From assembly GCA_963715195.1 (NCBI GenBank), contig CAVQRT010000031.1:32001-96000 (forward strand): a stretch of DNA of 64,000 bases, written 5' to 3'. The notes under the pieces are model-generated. The model did not search any database, was not told the origin of the DNA, and saw only the letters and a list, made by a program, of their open reading frames with translations. Position 1 is the first letter of the stretch. Each line of letters begins with the position of its first letter. Shown here piece after piece: positions 22,456 through 32,975 of the stretch. Both the position numbers and the translations under genes were made by a program. The DNA comes from Thermodesulfovibrionales bacterium (GTDB lineage Bacteria > Nitrospirota > Thermodesulfovibrionia > Thermodesulfovibrionales > SM23-35).

Positions 22456-22796
22456 ATGTATCCTTTCTTGTTGTCAGTCAACCTCTCGTAAGGCCCGATC
22501 TTGTGTGGCCAGTAGCTGTTTTACATATCTAAAAAAAATCTTATCATACTTGTTTGTTTTTTTATAGATTCTCTTTTATATTAGACAGTTGAGATATGGG
22601 ACACAAAGGAGCGTAGAACTTATGCTTAGAGAAAATATGATGTGAAATGATATGTGCTTGGTTTTTGAATCGATCACTGATGCATCGGGCAATGAGTTAT
22701 TTTTGGTAATCAACAGGAGACAGAATTGTTCGATGTATGCACCTCCTACAAAAATAAGACTATGGTTTTCTGATTGTTGAGCAGAGAAACCTGCAA

Positions 22797-23093
22797 TCAC
22801 CAGGCTTTCTTCAAATTCTTATCTCTACCAACGCTCCCTTTTCTCTCGTGAAAAACAGCTCTTGGTTGTTGCTGGATCGCTTCAGACACAGTGAGTGTCT
22901 TCTCAAGAAACCGTTTACCGTTAAGCTCTGAAATCGCTTTTTTTGCTTCGTTGTCCGATCCCATCTCAACAAAGCCAAACCCTTTGGATCGTTTCAATTT
23001 CACTGATATAATCTCACCATATTCCGAGAAAAGATCCTTTATATCTTGTTCTGTTGTATTCAAGGCAATATTTCCAACGTAAATTTTTCTCAC
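22797..23093 (-). CDS. RRM (RNP-1) RNA-binding protein
   Basis: KIYVGNI (RNP2), RSKGFGFVEM (RNP1); GTG start with SD AGGAG. Confidence 0.9.
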   Translation of the reverse strand: MRKIYVGNIALNTTEQDIKDLFSEYGEIISVKLKRSKGFGFVEMGSDNEAKKAISELNGKRFLEKTLTVSEAIQQQPRAVFHERKGSVGRDKNLKKAW

Positions 23094-23127
23094 TCTGTTT
23101 CAATCTCCTGTTTTTTTTAACAATAAG

Positions 23128-24537
23128 CTAATCGATTAATACCTTTAGTTCGTTGCGTCTTTTTGGATGTTGAAGTTTTCGTAGTGCTTTATATTCAATC
23201 TGCCTCACCCTTTCACGTGTAATAGAAAACTGTCTCCCAACTTCTTCGAGAGTGAAGTCCTTTCCAAATCCTATACCAAATCTCCTTCTTATAATCTCCG
23301 ATTCTCTTGGAGTTAAAGTATTGAGAACCTTCAGTATCTGCTCTGTAACATTATTTCTTTCTGTATCAGAATATGGGGTAGGACTATCTTTGTCACTAAC
23401 AAATTCCTCAATGGTTGTACCATCATCACCAATGGGAGTTTGAAGAGCTATCGGGTCCTGAATAGCCCTGCATACTTCTTCGATCTTTTCTGTTGATACT
23501 TCCAATCTTTTGGCAATTTCCTTTTTACTCGGTTCTCTTCCAAGTTGTTGTCTTAATGCTCTGGATGCTCTGCTAACCTTGCTATAAAAATCCATCATAT
23601 GTACGGGGACTCTGATGGTTTTTGCCTGATCCATTAATGCCCTTGTTACTGCCTGCCTTATCCACCATGTTGCATAGGTACTGAATTTAAAACCCTTTTT
23701 ATAGTCAAACTTATCGATAGCCCGCATAAGACCGATATTCCCTTCCTGAATCAGATCAAGCAATGAAAGACCCCTGCCGATATAATTCTTAGCTATATTA
23801 ATCACTAATCTTAGATTGTGATTTATTAACGTATCCTTTGCTTCGCTGACAAGGATTCTTGCCCTGGTTATTCTGTCCCACTTATCTTTCAATTCATCAA
23901 TTTTGATCCCAATCTCTGATTCAACTTTCTTATACTCATTCTGCACTCCCTTTGCAATTGCAGTAAGTTGTAAGGGATTGATATCCTTTTTCTTTTTTTC
24001 ATGTATCAATTTTTTTAAATCTTTCAAAGTGCCATATTTAGCAACCGTTCTATCTGCCGCTTCAATGTTTATCATAAAATTTTCAAGTACCTTCAGGCTC
24101 ATTTCAAGAGATCCCTTTGTTATATCTTCCTCTTCATTGCTCAGGTCTTCGCTGTTATAGCTATGCAGACTCGCTCCGTTTTTCTTGAATAAAGGCAGTG
24201 CTGTAACAATTGCTTCAATTATCTCTTTCCCTTCTTCCAAGCTTTTCGCAAGCTCTACTTCTTCATTTCTTTTCAGGATTGAAATATTTCCCAGCGAGTG
24301 CAAATATGTTTGAACAATGTCCTCGGTCTTTTCATGCTCCTCTTCTTCCTCAGGAATGTCGGTGACCTGATCATCCACGACTTCAACTCCCATATCGTGA
24401 AAGATGTCCATAAGTTCTTTTAACTCATCCGGGGGAAAGTATTCTGAAGGAAGAGCATCATTTATCTCATCATATGTAATCTTTCCACGCCTTATTCCTA
24501 TGTCTATAATCTCTTCAAAAATATCCTCTTTCTCCAT
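23128..24537 (-). CDS. RpoD-like sigma-70 factor (divergent paralog)
   Basis: Region 1.1 (GKITYDEINDALP), NLRLVINIAK, DLIQEGNIGLM, KFSTYATWWIRQ, TLEEVG...TRERVRQIE; SD AAGGAG before ATG 24537. Confidence 0.88.
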   Translation of the reverse strand: MEKEDIFEEIIDIGIRRGKITYDEINDALPSEYFPPDELKELMDIFHDMGVEVVDDQVTDIPEEEEEHEKTEDIVQTYLHSLGNISILKRNEEVELAKSLEEGKEIIEAIVTALPLFKKNGASLHSYNSEDLSNEEEDITKGSLEMSLKVLENFMINIEAADRTVAKYGTLKDLKKLIHEKKKKDINPLQLTAIAKGVQNEYKKVESEIGIKIDELKDKWDRITRARILVSEAKDTLINHNLRLVINIAKNYIGRGLSLLDLIQEGNIGLMRAIDKFDYKKGFKFSTYATWWIRQAVTRALMDQAKTIRVPVHMMDFYSKVSRASRALRQQLGREPSKKEIAKRLEVSTEKIEEVCRAIQDPIALQTPIGDDGTTIEEFVSDKDSPTPYSDTERNNVTEQILKVLNTLTPRESEIIRRRFGIGFGKDFTLEEVGRQFSITRERVRQIEYKALRKLQHPKRRNELKVLID

Positions 24538-24726
24538 GGCACTCCTTAAAATAAGTTTATCAATGCTACATGCACAATACAAAAGTACTTACAGCTTAAA
24601 AGGTAGTAGTACCTCCATTTGATTTTACAAAAGGAGGAAAGGCGATAGGGTTAGAAAATAAAATTCATCAAATGCTTAAACGACCTAATGACTATTATAA
24701 CAATATTGATGCTTTTGAATTGGGAT

Positions 24727-24748
24727 GGGTTCAATTCCCTTCGCGCCT
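24727..24748 (+). repeat. Copy of the tRNA-Val(GAC) 3' end (att-like), inverted relative to the tRNA
   Basis: GGGTTCAATTCCCTTCGCGCCT versus tRNA GGGTTCAATCCCCTTCGCGCCT (59955-59976, minus): 21/22. Confidence 0.7.
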
Positions 24749-24767
24749 GGCATATACAGAACATCAA

Positions 24768-25082
24768 TCAATCTTTCCCGGTTGTTTCATCAAATAAAGC
24801 TCCTATCTTGAAATTACTGAAGTACTTTCGCAGGGACCATTTGACTATACATTTACGGGGAGCATCAAATATTTCGGGAATACTGACTTCCAGCACAGAG
24901 CCCTTCTTAAGATCTACGTCAGTGTAAAGACAAACACCTGAATCACTGAGATCACCGGTCGTTGCCTTTCTCGTTGAGGTGAAATGGTCTCCGGTTACCG
25001 TGTAGAGAAGGGGAAGGTTAATCTTGCGCCTGTAATGTATTCTTCTTTCTCTGAGCATTGTATATGCCCTCTCGTAATTCAC
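24768..25082 (-). CDS. Single PilZ-domain protein (c-di-GMP binding)
   Basis: ERRIHYR (RxxxR) and DLSDSG (DxSxxG) motifs. Confidence 0.75.
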   Translation of the reverse strand: MNYERAYTMLRERRIHYRRKINLPLLYTVTGDHFTSTRKATTGDLSDSGVCLYTDVDLKKGSVLEVSIPEIFDAPRKCIVKWSLRKYFSNFKIGALFDETTGKD

Positions 25083-25278
25083 ACCGCCCGGACCGAAGAG
25101 GTATATGTACCGCTAAGCTTCTGCTGAAAGAGATTTGATGCAGCGTGCGGCGCCCCCGAGTGTTAGCTACAGTATAATGAAGCCTTTCTATTCCGTCAAG
25201 CACTGCAACTCACTGAAAACAGGTACAATTTATCATGAGAATTATGTATATTATCTAAAAAAGGATTTCGAGGAAACA

Positions 25279-26220
25279 ATGATGGCTTCCCCGGTATCTG
25301 CATGCTCGTGTGCGATAATTCTGTTCCTGTCAATATCAGCAGGGTGCTCCAGGCAGTCATTTATAAACCCGCCTCCCGACCCTACTGATAAACAGGAGAG
25401 AATTGCTAGAATCAGGCAAGCAACGGTACGCATCTATGTCGATGGCAAACCAAAAGGAACAGGGTTTATCATCACGGAGAATGGGCTAATCGCGACCGCC
25501 TTTCATGTGATTGCAAAAACCTTTCCCACGCCGCATGAACAGGCCCTTATTACGTATGCTTCATCGATCGAAGTGCAATTCGATGACAGGGAACAGGTTC
25601 CTGCAATCGTCCACAAATCATGCATCGGCAAAGGCCTGCACGGATCTATCCTCAGAGATTTCTGCATCCTGGAAACTAAGACATCGAAAAAACGCATCCC
25701 TCTCAAGCTGGGCGCCTTTAATGATGTCCACGCAGGAACCCATGTTTATCTTTCCGGATATCCCTTAGTCTCTGACAGGCTCTACATATCATTCGGAGTT
25801 GTTTCTGCGAAATGGAAAGATCCTGTTCTCTCTTATTATGGTCAGTTGTTCCGCGAAAAAAGAAACAATACGGAGATTGCCCTGCTTGATGTTCCGATGG
25901 GCATGGGGGTTTCTGGCGGCCCGATTGTCCTCATCGGAAATACCCCGGGAGAAGACAGGGTCGTCGGTATTGCGTCATTCATTATGTCTCCACTGGATCA
26001 GGAATTGGAAAAACTCGTGAATGCGATTAAACGTTACACGGAAGGACATTATGACGTTGTCTGTCCGATTGAACTCTTCCAGGTATTGCGAAAAGAGCAC
26101 GGCAGCCAGTCGTTATTTGTCTCCGGATGTATATCTATAGATCCGCTCAGGCAGCGTTTTCAAAAAATCGTGGAGGGTCAGCACGATGAAGATGCCCGCA
26201 GAAAATTCATTCTGTTTTAA
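25279..26220 (+). CDS. Trypsin-like serine protease, probable lipoprotein
   Basis: GTGFII, ATAFHV (His), DFCIL (Asp), GVSGGP (Ser); ISAGC lipobox-like. Confidence 0.75.
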   Translation: MMASPVSACSCAIILFLSISAGCSRQSFINPPPDPTDKQERIARIRQATVRIYVDGKPKGTGFIITENGLIATAFHVIAKTFPTPHEQALITYASSIEVQFDDREQVPAIVHKSCIGKGLHGSILRDFCILETKTSKKRIPLKLGAFNDVHAGTHVYLSGYPLVSDRLYISFGVVSAKWKDPVLSYYGQLFREKRNNTEIALLDVPMGMGVSGGPIVLIGNTPGEDRVVGIASFIMSPLDQELEKLVNAIKRYTEGHYDVVCPIELFQVLRKEHGSQSLFVSGCISIDPLRQRFQKIVEGQHDEDARRKFILF

Positions 26221-26241
26221 TAATTCCTGTTTGATGATTAT

Positions 26242-27072
26242 GTGATCAGAGCACAGAGAATAACCACTGCTCACATACGGCGCTTTCAGAAGACGATATG
26301 GGAGTACTACCGCAAACATGGGCGGAGCCTGCCGTGGAGAAAAACCCGCAATCCCTATCATATCCTCGTATCGGAAATGATGCTCCAGCAGACCCAGGTA
26401 GAACGGGTACGAGAAAAATACCGGACATTCATTGCTGCATTCCCTGATTTTTCCTCCTTGTCACGGGCACCGCTCAATGACGTACTCTCAATCTGGCAGG
26501 GGCTCGGATATAACCGCCGTGCTATTGCCTTGAAACAGACAGCTCAGGAAATCATGAAAAAATATAACGGGCTCCTTCCTCCTTCCGTCGATGTATTAAT
26601 GAAGTTCCCTGGGATTGGCAGAGCTACGGCTTCAGCGGTCGTCTCATTCGCTTTCAATCAGCCGGTCGTATTTATAGAGACAAATATACGGCGTGTTTTT
26701 ATCCATTTCTTCTTTCAGGAAAGAGGGGATGTTCATGATGCCGAATTGTTTCCTCTTGTGGAAAAAGCGCTCGATCGGTCTGATCCCCGTGGGTGGTATT
26801 ATGCCCTGATGGATTATGGGACAATGTTAAAAAAGTCTGTCTCCAATCCCAACAGGAAAAGTCTGCATTATCAGAGGCAGGCACCGTTTGAGGGCTCCCA
26901 CCGGCAACTCAGGGGGCTGCTTCTCAGGACCATACTGCGAGTGTCGGAAATTACTGAATCCGCCCTCGTGAAAAATATCGAGAATAACCCGGAAAATATT
27001 AAAGGTGCCCTAGAACAACTTCAGAAAGAAGGATTTATCAGAAAGAAGAACAATACTTACTCGATAGCGTAA
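26242..27072 (+). CDS. mutY: A/G-specific adenine glycosylase (short MutY-like)
   Basis: LPWR, PYHILVSEMMLQQTQV, WQGLGYNRRA, PGIGRATA, ALMDYG. Confidence 0.85.
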   Translation: MIRAQRITTAHIRRFQKTIWEYYRKHGRSLPWRKTRNPYHILVSEMMLQQTQVERVREKYRTFIAAFPDFSSLSRAPLNDVLSIWQGLGYNRRAIALKQTAQEIMKKYNGLLPPSVDVLMKFPGIGRATASAVVSFAFNQPVVFIETNIRRVFIHFFFQERGDVHDAELFPLVEKALDRSDPRGWYYALMDYGTMLKKSVSNPNRKSLHYQRQAPFEGSHRQLRGLLLRTILRVSEITESALVKNIENNPENIKGALEQLQKEGFIRKKNNTYSIA

Positions 27073-27081
27073 AATTATATT

Positions 27082-27810
27082 TTATCCCTCTGCTTTGAAA
27101 AGCTTATCCGCCGGAATATCCTCTAAAAGACTCATGTATGCTGATGACAGGCTTGAGGCATCAAGGGATTCAAGCGTTATCATCACCGAATAATCTTTGT
27201 TCTCCATAATGGGATACGACCCAATCTTGACTTTCTGATAGCGCTTTACGATCTTATTCAGCACAGGCGCTATTCTTGTCTCAGATTCATTCACATAAAT
27301 CTTCTTCAGATATATGACCGGCTCGTGGAACACCTTTTCAAGAGCAATGAATTTTTTTCTCAGTAACTGCGGGATACCCGGGAAGATAAAAACATTCCTG
27401 AATTTTATGAGGGGGAATGAAAGTGAGTCGTCATTGAAAAGTTCGGCGCCTTCGGGCACCTCTGCCATCCTGAGTTGTGCAGGTGACAGGGTTCCCTGTC
27501 GCGTTTCGAGAACTCTCTTCAAGGTCGGATCAATAACCGTCCTGACGTTAAACGCCTTTGAAATCCCCTCAATCGTAATATCGTCATGCGTCGGCCCGAT
27601 ACCCCCTGAGGTAAAAACATAATCAAACCGGCCAGAGAATTTCCTGACCTCTTCGGCTATTTCATCAACAGAGTCAGCAATGACAGAAATTTTACACAGC
27701 TTCACCCCATGCGACCAGAGCTCCTGTGCCATGAAAAAAGCATTCCCGTCCTGCACCTTGCCGGAGAGAATCTCATCCCCGATAATTATTATCCCGGCTG
27801 TCTTTGCCAC
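27082..27810 (-). CDS. CinA N-terminal / molybdopterin-binding domain protein
   Basis: IIIGDEILSGKVQDGN, TSGGIGPTHDD, PGIP. Confidence 0.85.
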   Translation of the reverse strand: MAKTAGIIIIGDEILSGKVQDGNAFFMAQELWSHGVKLCKISVIADSVDEIAEEVRKFSGRFDYVFTSGGIGPTHDDITIEGISKAFNVRTVIDPTLKRVLETRQGTLSPAQLRMAEVPEGAELFNDDSLSFPLIKFRNVFIFPGIPQLLRKKFIALEKVFHEPVIYLKKIYVNESETRIAPVLNKIVKRYQKVKIGSYPIMENKDYSVMITLESLDASSLSSAYMSLLEDIPADKLFKAEG

Positions 27811-27870
27811 AGAGCCTCGCTCATTCTTTGGAAAAAATATACCGGCTCCCGAAACATGTATACCTCTTTA

Positions 27871-28329
27871 CTACCAGGTTATGGTTACCGAGACTGTTTC
27901 GCTGTAAGCTCCTACTGAAACATCCTGTCCAGCAGGGATTCTTCCATACAATGTTGTAACCCACGGTTTGTTCTTGTGCACTTTACCAGAAACTGTTGAT
28001 GTCCCCTGTGTGCCATCGCCCCAGATGACAGACATCGAAGAATCAATAAAGAGATTGTAATTTAACCGGTCAGGCCTTGTTGTATGCCTCATCTGCCTCG
28101 GTTTGAAGCCGCCTGAACCAAAGCTGGGACCGATCCTGATCACCACAATAGGAGGCGGGGCCTCATCGCAGTCAACGCTGACGGTCCCTGTCGAATCCTT
28201 CGACGAATTCGAAAAAACATCGTAAATTCCGAAATTAATATTTGTTGCGGATACATTGCAGGCTGCTTCAGCCTCATGGACACACAAGAGGATAAGAAAG
28301 AAAAAGATTGATCTAATCGCCAGCTTCAC
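27871..28329 (-). CDS. Spore coat U (Csu-type) pilin/tip subunit
   Basis: Signal peptide, CNVSATNINFG, LNYNLF, YGRIPAGQ, GAYSETVSVTITW. Confidence 0.85.
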   Translation of the reverse strand: MKLAIRSIFFFLILLCVHEAEAACNVSATNINFGIYDVFSNSSKDSTGTVSVDCDEAPPPIVVIRIGPSFGSGGFKPRQMRHTTRPDRLNYNLFIDSSMSVIWGDGTQGTSTVSGKVHKNKPWVTTLYGRIPAGQDVSVGAYSETVSVTITW

Positions 28330-30680
28330 AGATAACCTCTTTGAGATCTACAATCATATCAGTGCGCTCTGGTATTATCATATCAAAAATGCATTCTTTC
28401 CCGACATAGTTCAACATAGTTTTATACCGTCCCGGTTTTATATTTTCAAAATAGAACTCCCCTCCCTTTCCTGTTGGGAAGATTATCTCTTGTCCGTCCA
28501 CAAGCATACTCACTTCGGAGAATTCCGCGGGCTTTATCTCTTCTTTCATTTTGATCTTTAGCATCCCAGTGATAGCCTGGAATTTCACAACATCAAACGG
28601 AATAAACGATCCGCTCCTGAGCGGAGGTGAAACGAATTTCATGACTTCTGAAATAGTGTAGTCCATAGGGATATCTTTGTCATTAATTGTTATCTGGTTA
28701 TCGTAGTAAGCACTGAGATTCGGGATGAAGACTTTCCCCGACGGAGTTAGTCCGGCCAATCTCGTCATTGTTATAAAATACTTTCACGTCCTTGAGATCT
28801 CCGACCTTTACGAGCCCGAAGCTGTCAATAACCGGCCGGCTGAGGCCTATCGTTCCGCCAACATATGCGATGCTCCCCGATGCAGAAAGCCGGTATGACT
28901 TCGTGTGTTCTGCCTTGCCCGTCAAAGTCAAGTTTGGTCTCTGCTGCTACAATTGCCGTGCTTTTCATTATATTGAACGGAAGGATTCAGCGAAGTAAAA
29001 TCATCGCCTCCGTTATCTGTCCTCTCTATTGATGCCCTGTAGCTGATGCCTTCCCCCACCGGTATATTTTTCGTCACCTGCAGCACCTCCTGATGTGTAT
29101 CTTCGGTTTGCCTGTAACTTGCCGATACAGTGTGGTCCTTGCCCGGATAATAATTGATCCCGACAAAAAACTCATTGGAGGATCTCTCCTCATTGGTATT
29201 TCTGAATGTCGCAAATACTGTGGACCTGCCGGACAGGGCCTTCGAATATGAAGCGGTAAATGCCTGCCGGTCATCCCCGTAAAACCTCTCCAGGTTCAGG
29301 TAATCAACCGAAAACGAACCGAAGCGTTCCGTCGCATACCCCAAGCCCACGCTTGCTTCGAACTGCGGTTTTTCATTCGTAAGGTCGTCGGATATCCGTG
29401 CATGGTTTTCGGTATACCCGGCTACAAAGAATCGGGCGTTGAACCTCCTGTCCTGATAGGTATATCCCAGGATTCCGGCCGCACCGTCATTTCCCCCGGT
29501 ACCAAGGCTTTTGGAAAGAGAGACCGAAACGATGCCTTTATCCCGGATAAGATATGAAACCTGTGGACCAAAATTGTAAAGGTCTTTGATGGCCTCGGCA
29601 TGATATCCGAGCGTCAGCATTATCCGAGAATCCGTACCTGTGAAAAGCTGTCAAAGCGACGTCACTGTATTCATTGCTTTCCTCTCCAAACTCTTCCCGT
29701 ATCGCGCCGAGATTGTAACTGTATTCATGGAGGCCCTTTTTCAGGAGCAAGTCTGTGAAGTAAAACGGGAAATTGAGCCGTTCCTCCTTTCCGAAAGGAT
29801 CCCTGATAATCACCTCAAGCAATCCGGCCCCTCCGTAGTAGTTTATGTCTCTGAGATCGAATCCTCCCGGTGAAAGTCTCTCCGTTCTCAAACGCATGCC
29901 GTTCAGGTATATCTCGACCTCTGAGGGAAGCGTCACAAAGCCTGAGACATTGAGCATAGGGTTTTTTATCAGGTAAGGGTCCATGCGGTATACCTTCGAA
30001 AAACTGATACCACCCATGGTCAACGTGCTGCCGAGATCACCCGAGAATGCGACAAAATCTCCGGCGATGAATCTCTGCAGTCCCCCACGGTAGTCATAGG
30101 TAACATTTGTCATGAGTCTTACAAACTTTTCGTCATCGGGTTTTTTGGTATAGAATGCATCCGAGAAAAAAAGGATATCACCCGTCCTGAAGCCCGCTTC
30201 ATTCGTGACATTGAAGCTATTAAAGTCAAAGGAATCACCGGCATAATAGTCTAGCCGGTAATTGAAGAAAGCACTGGTGTCCCGGGGGTAATAGACTTTC
30301 GGCTGCCTGCCGGGCATAGAAATCGATAATCTTTCTGGGAAGAAGCGAGGGATCAACAATAATTTCGACCATAAGCTTTTTCTCATTGAAGTTAAATTGC
30401 ACTCCATGCATTGATCGCAGGGAAATATGGGACTCTTTGTCGATTTCTGTAATCATGTCCTTCAGGGGTTTCAATTCCTATTTCCTGAATATCGGCGATC
30501 CGCATGAGAATGTCCCGGTCTTCCGTAAGTTGCACATAATATTCACCTTTGGACTGTCCGTTCAGGGTAACAGTCACAATGACGATATTCCGAACTTTGT
30601 GCATATAAATAAAGACAAGGGGAAAAGCAGATGATGAGGAAAAAAAGAATTGGTGGTCTGAGTAATGTGTTGATATAAGC
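28313..30680 (-). pseudogene. Fimbrial outer-membrane usher (CsuD-like), broken by at least 5 frameshifts
   Basis: Consecutive fragments in different frames: VTLNGQ, GFVTLPSEVEIYLNG, DPFG, LLKKGLHEYSY, GLSRPVIDSF, G-x-FYFENIKPG. Confidence 0.8.
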
Positions 30681-30690
30681 GGATTTCGAT

Positions 30691-31461
30691 TTAATTAACG
30701 CACATTGCCTTATCGACATCCGCCTGACCGTTTAGGGTAAGTTTGTCGGTTACAACTTGAACATCGATTTTTGATACATCTTTGCAGATCTCCTGTGGCA
30801 CCTCTGCGTTATAGATTCTTGATATGTCACTCAGGAGGTACCAGCCGTTGATATCTTTTGAGAATATCTCTTCACCCTTGTCATTTTTCCCTCTGATGCT
30901 CACCGTATTGATCATAAAGTGAATGTTGCCAGTGTTTCTGAGTGTTGCCGAAACTACCCCATTTGCGATCTCAATTTTTTGTATCTCACCTTTCTGTTCC
31001 GACTTGAGTGGTTTGACAAAAATGGGTACCCCGAAACGGATCACGATTGCGACGTTAACGCCTTCAGATTTTTTCGGCTCAGGGATTTCCTCAACAAATA
31101 GACGATAGGTTTTTTCTTTCGCAACAGCAGGAAACTTAATCCCCGCGCGAAGGATGCGGTCCTCCTTTGGATCAATAGTCATGATCTTCGGGAAAAAAAT
31201 GAGGTCCTCCGTCTCTGTATAGACGTCCTTTCCTTCGGCATCCTGCGTCCATTCAAAAGCCTTCATCTGAACATTTAGCTTTTCGGCCCCTTCGTTTACG
31301 ATCGTGACGACTCCGCTTTTTGCGTTCTTGTCGAGGTCTATTCTGATGGGTGTGACCCTCCATTCTCCCCCGACGGCATTTGATGGGACAAAGAGAATGA
31401 CCAGGAGAAGAACCTTTAGAAAAAATGTAAAGAATACGGGCGAGACGTTTGCCTTTTTCAT
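30691..31461 (-). CDS. Periplasmic pilus chaperone (CsuC/PapD-like)
   Basis: VTPIRIDL, FPKIMTI, EKTYRLFVEEIP, RFGVPIFV, NTGNIH. Confidence 0.85.
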   Translation of the reverse strand: MKKANVSPVFFTFFLKVLLLVILFVPSNAVGGEWRVTPIRIDLDKNAKSGVVTIVNEGAEKLNVQMKAFEWTQDAEGKDVYTETEDLIFFPKIMTIDPKEDRILRAGIKFPAVAKEKTYRLFVEEIPEPKKSEGVNVAIVIRFGVPIFVKPLKSEQKGEIQKIEIANGVVSATLRNTGNIHFMINTVSIRGKNDKGEEIFSKDINGWYLLSDISRIYNAEVPQEICKDVSKIDVQVVTDKLTLNGQADVDKAMCVN

Positions 31462-31632
31462 GGTGGTTACTATAGCAAAAGAGCAACGAAGTTACAATAT
31501 GAAGGCTATAACAAAAATTCAAAGTGACGTGAGTCGTCATTCTGAGACAAAGTCGAAGAATCTACTCTTTTCTAATCCCTTAATTTATAAGACTGTGTAG
31601 GATGGCTGTAATAGTGGTGTGGAATTGATTAC

Positions 31633-32118
31633 TTAAGGTTCTAAAGTAATGATAACCGTGTCAGAATAATTTCCAACCGCTGCATCTTGGTAGTCTGTTC
31701 CATTAACCAAACCTGATATTGTTAATATCTGAACTGTATTCTTTGGTACGGTACCAGATGTTGGATTTAATGTAAACGTATATGGGAGGTATTCTGTGCC
31801 TATCGTCGTGTGCCTCATCCTGTTCGCATTCGGACTGATTTCATGCAGGCCATCGTCATCAGTGATAAAAAAAGTTGCTGTTGGACTGCTGCCCATGCAC
31901 CGAAAATTAACAGATGTGCTAACTGTCTTATCCACGGGATTAGCCGGATCAAGAATACCGAAAGCAAGTGCTGCAGAAGCGGAACTAAATTTGCACTGGT
32001 TCTTGGAAAGGATCGTTGCACTAACGGTAACGACTCCGGTATCAGAGGCATCAGCGATTTGGGAAAAAGCAATGACCAGGAAAAATGCCATAAATGAGAT
32101 GAGAAATTTATTATTCAT
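31633..32118 (-). CDS. Spore coat U (Csu-type) pilin
   Basis: Signal peptide, VSATI...CKF, LAFGILDP, LPY, GNYSDTVIITLEP. Confidence 0.85.
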   Translation of the reverse strand: MNNKFLISFMAFFLVIAFSQIADASDTGVVTVSATILSKNQCKFSSASAALAFGILDPANPVDKTVSTSVNFRCMGSSPTATFFITDDDGLHEISPNANRMRHTTIGTEYLPYTFTLNPTSGTVPKNTVQILTISGLVNGTDYQDAAVGNYSDTVIITLEP

Positions 32119-32140
32119 ATTTAAGTCTCTTGCATTGGTT

Positions 32141-32228
32141 TTCATTCCCGCTTGTCGGGAATCCTTCTGATTCCTTTCGTAATAACAGGAGTGCTTCGAA
32201 GAAAGATTCCGGCCATACCGGAATGACA
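32141..32228. repeat. REP-like inverted doublet
   Basis: TCATTCCCGCTTGTCGGGAATCCTTCT ... AGAAAGATTCCGGCCATACCGGAATGACA. Confidence 0.7.
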
Positions 32229-32301
32229 TCTCTAAAGATCTAAAACAGTTCCAAATATCTTCAAAGTTTAATTGCATTATTTGTTTTTTCCTTGAAAAAT
32301 A

Positions 32302-32330
32302 AGAGGGCGGGTTTTGACCGCCCACCCTCT
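32302..32330 (-). terminator. GC-rich hairpin after the major pilin gene (terminator or stabiliser)
   Basis: AGAGGG-CGG / CCG-CCCACCCTCT imperfect inverted repeat with TTATTTTT downstream on the minus strand. Confidence 0.5.
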
Positions 32331-32364
32331 CGCTGCACGTTTATTAGATCAACAAAAATGCATC

Positions 32365-32838
32365 TTATGGGGTAATTGTTAGAGCCACAGTGTCTAAATA
32401 GCTGCCAGCTGAGACATTAATGTAATCAGCATTGAGAATGGTACCGGAAATAGTTGCCGTCAAAGGATTCCCTTTACCTGCTCCCGTTTGAGTGTGATTA
32501 GTGAGATTAAAGCTGTAAGGTATAAAATCAACTCCATTAGTCATTCTTCTTGAACCTGAATAGTTAAGACCATTATCAGCTGATGTAGCAGCAACACTTC
32601 CCTTAGTACACCAATATTGGTAATTTACCGTCGCATTAGCATCAGCAGTTGAACTTGGATCAAGTGAGCCAAAAGCAAGAGTCGCAATGTTCGTTCCGCC
32701 AAGTCCTCCTCCTACGCCGAATTTGCATGTTCCTACAACACTTGCAGTTACATCAACAGTTGCTGTATCCCCTGCCAAAGCCATCCCACTGAACGCAAAC
32801 ATCGCTATCGCAACGATCAGGGTAATTCTTTTAACCAT
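32365..32838 (-). CDS. Spore coat U (Csu-type) major pilin
   Basis: Signal peptide, VTASVVGTCKF, LAFGSLDP, CTKG, GSYLDTVALTITP; SD AAGGAGG. Confidence 0.85.
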   Translation of the reverse strand: MVKRITLIVAIAMFAFSGMALAGDTATVDVTASVVGTCKFGVGGGLGGTNIATLAFGSLDPSSTADANATVNYQYWCTKGSVAATSADNGLNYSGSRRMTNGVDFIPYSFNLTNHTQTGAGKGNPLTATISGTILNADYINVSAGSYLDTVALTITP

Positions 32839-32975
32839 GTTTCCTCCTTTTTTTGCTTTTCAGATTAACCCCGAAAGCATTCGGGGCTGCGGTAACATTA
32901 TCTTTTGCTGCCTACCGTCTACTAACAACTACCTACTTAATTGCATCACCTCCTTGTTACATTTCAAACATTTTT

